From: Balanoglossus misakiensis
Lineage: Eukaryota; Animalia; Hemichordata
Length of the DNA: 64,000 nucleotides
Assembly (NCBI GenBank): GCA_040954595.2
Contig: CM082589.2
Span: 10,428,894 to 10,492,893, forward strand
Reading direction: 5' to 3'
Every line of letters starts with the position of its first letter. Position 1 is the stretch's first letter. The notes below the pieces were generated by a model. That model was not told where the DNA came from, ran no database searches, and saw only the letters and a program-made list of their open reading frames with translations. This document shows, in pieces, positions 55,521-64,000 of the stretch. Made by a program: the position numbers and the translations under genes.

Positions 55521-58500
55521 TCTGCGCCTCACAACAGAATTCGGTAAATAAACGAGGCTGTTTGGAAGCAACCATGGAAATTTTACAACTATCCGTCGAT
55601 CTACAGAGTCTAGTGGAAAACGTTATTATGCGCATAGGCCTATATATGTGTTCTGCGCATCACAACAGAATTTTGTAAACAAACGAGGCTGTGTTTGGAA
55701 GCAACCATGGAAATTTTAGAACTATCTCTCGATCTACAGAGTCTAGTGGAAAACTTTATTATGCACATATGCCTATTTATGTGTTCTGCGCATCACAACA
55801 GAAATCGGTAAATAAACGAGGCTGTTTGGAAGCAACCATGGAAATTTTACAACTATCCGTCGATCTACAGAGTCTGGTGGAAAACTTTCTTATGCGCATA
55901 GGCCTATTACGTGCTCTGCGCCTCACAACAGAATTCGGTAAATAAACGAGGCTGTTTGGAAGCAACCATGGAAATTTTAGAACTATCCGTCGATCTACAG
56001 AGTCTAGTGGAAAAATGTCTTATGCGCATAGGCCTATCATGTGTTCTGTGCCTCACAACAGAAATCGGTAAATAAACGAGGCTGTTTGGAAGCAACCATG
56101 GAAATTGTACAACTATCCGTCGATCTACAGAGTCTAGTGGAAAACGTTCTTATGCGCATAGGCCTATCTATGTGTTATGCGCATCACAACAGAAATCGGT
56201 AAATAAACGAGGCTGTATTTGGAAGCAACCATGGAAATTGTACAACTATCCATCGATCTACAGAGTCTATAGTGGAAAACTTTCTTATGCACATATGCCT
56301 ATCTATGTGTTCTGCGCCTCACAACAGAAATCGGTAAATAAACGAGGCTGTTTAAAAGCAACCATGGAAATTTTACAGCTATCCGTCGATCTACAGAGTC
56401 TAGTGGAAACGTTCTTATGCGCATAGGCCTATATATGTGTTCTGCGCATCACAACAGAATTTTGTAAACAAACGAGGCTGTGTTTGGAAGCAACCATGGA
56501 CATTTTAGAACTATCTCTCGATCTACAGAGTCTATAGTGGAAAACTTTCTTATGCACATATGCCTATATATGTGTTCTGCGCATCACAACAGAATTTTGT
56601 AAACAAACGAGGCTGTGTTTGGTAGCAACCATGGACATTTTAGAACTATCTCTCGATCTACAGAGTCTATAGTGGAAAACTTTCTTATGCACATATGCCT
56701 ATCTATGTGTTCTGCGCCTCACAACAGAATTCGGTAAATAAACGAGGCTGTTTGGAAGCAACCATGGAAATTTTACAACTATCCGTCGATCTACAGAGTC
56801 TAGTGGAAAACGTTATTATGCGCATAGGCCTATATATGTGTTCTGCGCATCACAACAGAATTTTGTAAACAAACGAGGCTGTGTTTGGAAGCAACCATGG
56901 AAATTTTAGAACTATCTCTCGATCTACAGAGTCTAGTGGAAAACTTTATTATGCACATATGCCTATCTATGTGTTCTGCGCATCACAACAGAAATCGGTA
57001 AATAAACGAGGCTGTTTGGAAGCAACCATGGAAATTTTACAACTATCCGTCGATCTACAGAGTCTGGTGGAAAACTTTCTTATGCGCATAGGCCTATTAC
57101 GTGCTCTGCGCCTCACAACAGAATTCGGTAAATAAACGAGGCTGTTTGGAAGCAACCATGGAAATTTTAGAACTATCCGTCGATCTACAGAGTCTAGTGG
57201 AAAACGTTCTTATGCGCATAGGCCTATCTATGTGTTATGCGCATCGCAACAGAAATCGGTAAATAAACGAGGCTGTATTTGGAAGCAACCATGAAATTTT
57301 ACAACTATCCGTCGATCTACAGAGTCTGGTGGAAAACTTCCTTATGCGCATAGACCTATTACGTGTTCTGCGCCTCACAACAGAATTCGGTAAATAAACG
57401 AGGCTGTTTGGAAGCAACCATGGACATTGTACAACTATCCGTCGATCTACAAAGTCTAGTGGAAAACGTTCTTATGCGCATAGGCCTATCTATGTGTTAT
57501 GCGCATCACAACAGAAATCGGTAAATAAACGAGGCTGTATTTGGAAGCAACCATGAAATTTTACAACTATCCGTCGATCTACAGAGTCTAGTGGAAAAAT
57601 GTCTCATGCGCATAGGCCTATCATGTGTTCTGCGCCTCACAACAGAAATCGGTAAATAAACGAGGCTGTTTGGAAGCAACCATGGAAATTTTACAGCTAT
57701 CCGTCGATCTACAGAGTCTAGTGGAAACGTTCTTATGCGCATAGGCCTATATATGTGTTCTGCGCATCACAACAGAATTTTGTAAACAAACGAGGCTGTG
57801 TTTGGTAGCAACCATGGACATTTTAGAACTATCTCTCGATCTACAGAGTCTATAGTGGAAAACTTTCTTATGCACATATGCCTATCTATGTGTTCTGCGC
57901 CTCACAACAGAATTCGGTAAATAAACGAGGCTGTTTGGAAGCAACCATGGAAATTTTACAACTATCCGTCGATCTACAGAGTCTAGTGGAAAACGTTATT
58001 ATGCGCATAGGCCTATATATGTGTTCTGCGCATCACAACAGAATTTTGTAAACAAACGAGGCTGTGTTTGGAAGCAACCATGGACATTTTAGAACTATCT
58101 CTCGATCTACAGAGTCTATAGTGGAAAACTTTCTTATGCACATATGCCTATCTATGTGTTCTGCGCCTCACAACAGAATTCGGTAAATAAACGAGGCTGT
58201 TTGGAAGCAACCATGGAAATTTTACAACTATCCGTCGATCTACAGAGTCTAGTGGAAAACGTTATTATGCGCATAGGCCTATATATGTGTTCTGCGCATC
58301 ACAACAGAATTTTGTAAACAAACGAGGCTGTGTTTGGAAGCAACCATGGAAATTTTAGAACTATCTCTCGATCTACAGAGTCTAGTGGAAAACTTTATTA
58401 TGCACATATGCCTATCTATGTGTTCTGCGCATCACAACAGAAATCGGTAAATAAACGAGGCTGTTTGGAAGCAACCATGGAAATTTTACAACTATCCGTC

Positions 58501-61500
58501 GATCTACAGAGTCTGGTGGAAAACTTTCTTATGCGCATAGGCCTATTACGTGCTCTGCGCCTCACAACAGAATTCGGTAAATAAACGAGGCTGTTTGGAA
58601 GCAACCATGGAAATTTTAGAACTATCCGTCGATCTACAGAGTCTAGTGGAAAAATGTCTTATGCGCATAGGCCTATCATGTGTTCTGCGCCTCACAACAG
58701 AATTCGGTAAATAAACGAGGCTGTTTGGAAGCAACCATGGACATTGTACAACTATCCGTCGATCTACAAAGTCTAGTGGAAAACGTTCTTATGCGCATAG
58801 GCCTATCTATGTGTTATGCGCATCACAACAGAAATCGCTAAATAAACGAGGCTGTATTTGGAAGCAACCATGAAATTTTACAACTATCCGTCGATCTACA
58901 GAGTCTAGTGGAAAAATGTCTCATGCGCATAGGCCTATCATGTGTTCTGCGCCTCACAACAGAAATCGGTAAATAAACGAGGCTGTTTGGAAGCAACCAT
59001 GGAAATTTTACAGCTATCCGTCGATCTACAGAGTCTAGTGGAAACGTTCTTATGCGCATAGGCCTATATATGTGTTCTGCGCATCACAACAGAATTTTGT
59101 AAACAAACGAGGCTGTGTTTGGTAGCAACCATGGACATTTTAGAACTATCTCTCGATCTACAGAGTCTATAGTGGAAAACTTTCTTATGCACATATGCCT
59201 ATCTATGTGTTCTGCGCCTCACAACAGAATTCGGTAAATAAACGAGGCTGTTTGGAAGCAACCATGGAAATTTTACAACTATCCGTCGATCTACAGAGTC
59301 TAGTGGAAAACGTTATTATGCGCATAGGCCTATATATGTGTTCTGCGCATCACAACAGAATTTTGTAAACAAACGAGGCTGTGTTTGGAAGCAACCATGG
59401 ACATTTTAGAACTATCTCTCGATCTACAGAGTCTATAGTGGAAAACTTTCTTATGCACATATGCCTATCTATGTGTTCTGCGCCTCACAACAGAATTCGG
59501 TAAATAAACGAGGCTGTTTGGAAGCAACCATGGAAATTTTACAACTATCCGTCGATCTACAGAGTCTAGTGGAAAACGTTATTATGCGCATAGGCCTATA
59601 TATGTGTTCTGCGCATCACAACAGAATTTTGTAAACAAACGAGGCTGTGTTTGGAAGCAACCATGGAAATTTTAGAACTATCTCTCGATCTACAGAGTCT
59701 AGTGGAAAACTTTATTATGCACATATGCCTATCTATGTGTTCTGCGCATCACAACAGAAATCGGTAAATAAACGAGGCTGTTTGGAAGCAACCATGGAAA
59801 TTTTACAACTATCCGTCGATCTACAGAGTCTGTTGGAAAACTTTCTTATGCGCATAGGCCTATTACGTGCTCTGCGCCTCACAACAGAATTCGGTAAATA
59901 AACGAGGCTGTTTGGAAGCAACCATGGAAATTTTAGAACTATCCGTCGATCTACAGAGTCTAGTGGAAAAATGTCTTATGCGCATAGGCCTATCATGTGT
60001 TCTGCGCCTCACAACAGAAATCGGTAAATAAACGAGGCTGTTTGGAAGCAACCATGGAAATTGTACAACTATCCGTCGATCTACAGAGTCTAGTGGAAAA
60101 CGTTCTTATGCGCATAGGCCTATCTATGTGTTATGCGCATCACAACAGAAATCGGTAAATAAACGAGGCTGTATTTGGAAGCAACCATGAAATTTTACAA
60201 CTATCCGTCGATCTACAGAGTCTGGTGGAAAACTTCCTTATGCGCATAGACCTATTACGTGTTCTGCGCCTCACAACACAATTCGGTAAATAAACGAGGC
60301 TGTTTGGAAGCAACCATGGACATTGTACAACTATCCGTCGATCTACAAAGTCTAGTGGAAAACGTTCTTATGCGCATAGGCCTATCTATGTGTTATGCGC
60401 ATCACAACAGAAATCGCTAAATAAACGAGGCTGTATTTGGAAGCAACCATGAAATTTTACAACTATCCGTCGATCTACAGAGTCTAGTGGAAAAATGTCT
60501 CATGCGCATAGGCCTATCATGTGTTCTGCGCCTCACAACAGAAATCGGTAAATAAACGAGGCTGTTTGGAAGCAACCATGGAAATTGTATAGCTATCCGT
60601 CGATCTACAGAGTCTAGTGGAAACGTTCTTATGCGCATAGGCCTATATATGTGTTCTGCGCATCACAACAGAATTTTGTAAACAAACGAGGCTGTGTTTG
60701 GTAGCAACCATGGACATTTTAGAACTATCTCTCGATCTACAGAGTCTATAGTGGAAAACTTTCTTATGCACATATGCCTATCTATGTGTTCTGCGCCTCA
60801 CAACAGAATTCGGTAAATAAACGAGGCTGTTTGGAAGCAACCATGGAAATTTTACAACTATCCGTCGATCTACAGAGTCTAGTGGAAAACGTTATTATGC
60901 GCATAGGCCTATATATGTGTTCTGCGCATCACAACAGAATTTTGTAAACAAACGAGGCTGTGTTTGGAAGCAACCATGGACATTTTAGAACTATCTCTCG
61001 ATCTACAGAGTCTATAGTGGAAAACTTTCTTATGCACATAGGCCTATCTATGTGTTCTGCGCCTCACAACAGAATTCGGTAAATAAACGAGGCTGTTTGG
61101 AAGCAACCATGGAAATTTTACAACTATCCGTCGATCTACAGAGTCTAGTGGAAAACGTTATTATGCGCATAGGCCTATATATGTGTTCTGCGCATCACAA
61201 CAGAATTTTGTAAACAAACGAGGCTGTGTTTGGAAGCAACCATGGAAATTTTAGAACTATCTCTCGATCTACAGAGTCTAGTGGAAAACTTTATTATGCA
61301 CATATGCCTATCTATGTGTTCTGCGCATCACAACAGAAATCGGTAAATAAACGAGGCTGTTTGGAAGCAACCATGGAAATTTTACAACTATCCGTCGATC
61401 TACAGAGTCTGTTGGAAAACTTTCTTATGCGCATAGGCCTATTACGTGCTCTGCGCCTCACAACAGAATTCGGTAAATAAACGAGGCTGTTTGGAAGCAA

Positions 61501-64000
61501 CCATGGAAATTTTAGAACTATCCGTCGATCTACAGAGTCTAGTGGAAAAATGTCTTATGCGCATAGGCCTATCATGTGTTCTGCGCCTCACAACAGAAAT
61601 CGGTAAATAAACGAGGCTGTTTGGAAGCAACCATGGAAATTGTACAACTATCCGTCGATCTACAGAGTCTAGTGGAAAACGTTCTTATGCGCATAGGCCT
61701 ATCTATGTGTTATGCGCATCACAACAGAAATCGGTAAATAAACGAGGCTGTATTTGGAAGCAACCATGAAATTTTACAACTATCCGTCGATCTACAGAGT
61801 CTGGTGGAAAACTTCCTTATGCGCATAGACCTATTACGTGTTCTGCGCCTCACAACACAATTCGGTAAATAAACGAGGCTGTTTGGAAGCAACCATGGAC
61901 ATTGTACAACTATCCGTCGATCTACAAAGTCTAGTGGAAAACGTTCTTATGCGCATAGGCCTATCTATGTGTTATGCGCATCACAACAGAAATCGCTAAA
62001 TAAACGAGGCTGTATTTGGAAGCAACCATGAAATTTTACAACTATCCGTCGATCTACAGAGTCTAGTGGAAAAATGTCTCATGCGCATAGGCCTATCATG
62101 TGTTCTGCGCCTCACAACAGAAATCGGTAAATAAACGAGGCTGTTTGGAAGCAACCATGGAAATTGTATAGCTATCCGTCGATCTACAGAGTCTAGTGGA
62201 AACGTTCTTATGCGCATAGGCCTATATATGTGTTCTGCGCATCACAACAGAATTTTGTAAACAAACGAGGCTGTGTTTGGTAGCAACCATGGACATTTTA
62301 GAACTATCTCTCGATCTACAGAGTCTATAGTGGAAAACTTTCTTATGCACATATGCCTATCTATGTGTTCTGCGCCTCACAACAGAATTCGGTAAATAAA
62401 CGAGGCTGTTTGGAAGCAACCATGGAAATTTTACAACTATCCGTCGATCTACAGAGTCTAGTGGAAAACGTTATTATGCGCATAGGCCTATATATGTGTT
62501 CTGCGCATCACAACAGAATTTTGTAAACAAACGAGGCTGTGTTTGGAAGCAACCATGGACATTTTAGAACTATCTCTCGATCTACAGAGTCTATAGTGGA
62601 AAACTTTCTTATGCACATAGGCCTATCTATGTGTTCTGTGCCTCACAACAGAATTCGGTAAATAAACGAGGCTGTTTGGAAGCAACCATGGAAATTTTAC
62701 AACTATCCGTCGATCTACAGAGTCTAGTGGAAAACGTTCTTATGCGCATAGGCCTATATATGTGTTCTGCGCATCACAAAAGAGTTTTGTAAACAAACGA
62801 GGCTGTGTTTGAAAGCAACCATGGACATTTTAGAACTATCTCTCGATCTACAGAGTCTATAGTGGAAAACTTTCTTATGCACATAGGCCTATCTATGTGT
62901 TCTGTGCCTCACAACAGAATTCGGTAAATAAACGAGGCTGTTTGGAAGCAACCATGGAAATTTTACAACTATCCGTCGATCTACAGAGTCTAGTGGAAAA
63001 CGTTCTTATGCGCATAGGCCTATATATGTGTTCTGCGCATCACAAAAGAGTTTTGTAAACAAACGAGGCTGTGTTTGAAAGCAACCATGGACATTTTAGA
63101 ACTATCTCTCGATCTACAGAGTCTATAGTGGAAAACTTTCTTATGCACATAGGCCTATCTATGTGTTCTGTGCCTCACAACAGAATTCGGTAAATAAACG
63201 AGGCTGTTTGGAAGCAACCATGGAAATTTTAGAACTATCCGTCGATCTACAGAGTCTAGTGGAAAACGTTCTTATGCGCATAGGCCTATATATGTGTTCT
63301 GCGCATCACAACAGAATTTTGTAAACAAACGAGGCTGTGTTTGGAAGCAACCATGGAAATTTTAGAACTATCTCTCGATGTACAGAGTCTATAGTGGAAA
63401 ACTTTCTTATGCACATATGCCTATCTATGTGTTCTGCGCCTCAAAACAGAATTCCGTAAATAAACGAGGCTGTTTGGAAGCAAACATGGAAATTTTAGAA
63501 CTAACTCTCGATCTACAGAGTATAGTGGAAAACGTTCATATGCGCATAGGCCTATCTATGTGTTCTGCGCATCACAACAGAATTTTGTAAACAAACCAGG
63601 CTTTGTTTGGAAGCAACCATGGACATTTTAGAACTATTCGTCGATCTACGGAGTCTAGTGGAAAACTTTCTTATGCGCATAGGCATATGTATGTGTTCTA
63701 CGCATCACAACAGAATTCGGTAAATAAACGAGGCTGTTTGGAAACAACCATGGAAATTTTTAAACTATCCGTTGATCTAAAGTTGAAAAGTTTTTTATGC
63801 GCATAGGCCTATCTATGTGTTCTGTGCCTCACAACAGAAATCGGTAAATAAACGAGGCTGTTTGGAAGCAACCATGGAAATTTTACAACTATCTCTCGAT
63901 CTACAGAGTCTATAGTGGAAAACTTTCTTATTCACATATGCCTATCTATGTGTTCTGCGCCTCAAAACAGAATTCCGCAAATAAACGAGGCTGTTTGGAA

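Larger units (their letters stand above)
24015..64000 (+). repeat. ~132-bp tandem satellite array, right arm (about 303 monomers), same family and orientation
   Basis: Resumes in register (TATGCGCATAGGCC) immediately after the transposon and runs to the window end without non-satellite interruption or inversion. Confidence 0.98.

Noticed and set aside
322-63806. Well over a hundred 60-143-aa ORFs (MFGSNHGNFRT..., MLPNSLVYLP..., CLEATMEILELSVD...)
   Set aside because: They are translations of the satellite monomer in shifting frames. Monomer lengths of 130, 131 and 133 bp break frame constantly and there is no gene structure.

Overview
Eukaryotic (probably animal) heterochromatin-type window. 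About 91% is one uninterrupted, same-orientation tandem satellite of ~132-bp monomers (130-135 bp; roughly 137 copies at 1-18041 and roughly 303 at 24015-64000). It is organised into local variant domains with nested higher-order duplications from dimers up to 65-mers. The satellite is split by a single 5,973-bp cut-and-paste DNA transposon (18042-24014) with 13-bp perfect TIRs (CACTGCAAATTCT) and a 2-bp TA target duplication, most consistent with a non-autonomous animal-type EnSpm/CACTA element. Both ends of the element carry arrays of an 18-bp palindrome (TGGYTTG-N4-CAARCCA) separated by unique spacers. The right array has 16 copies at a tight 31-34-bp pitch, about three helical turns. The interior has three tandem-repeat blocks (including a 70-bp hairpin minisatellite), promoter-like and splice-like signals and a possible small spliced or decayed gene, but no recognisable transposase. 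Nearly all ORF-track entries are satellite artefacts. No protein-coding gene, RNA gene or CRISPR array can be confidently named. All counts and alignments were done by eye or from ORF-track offsets.
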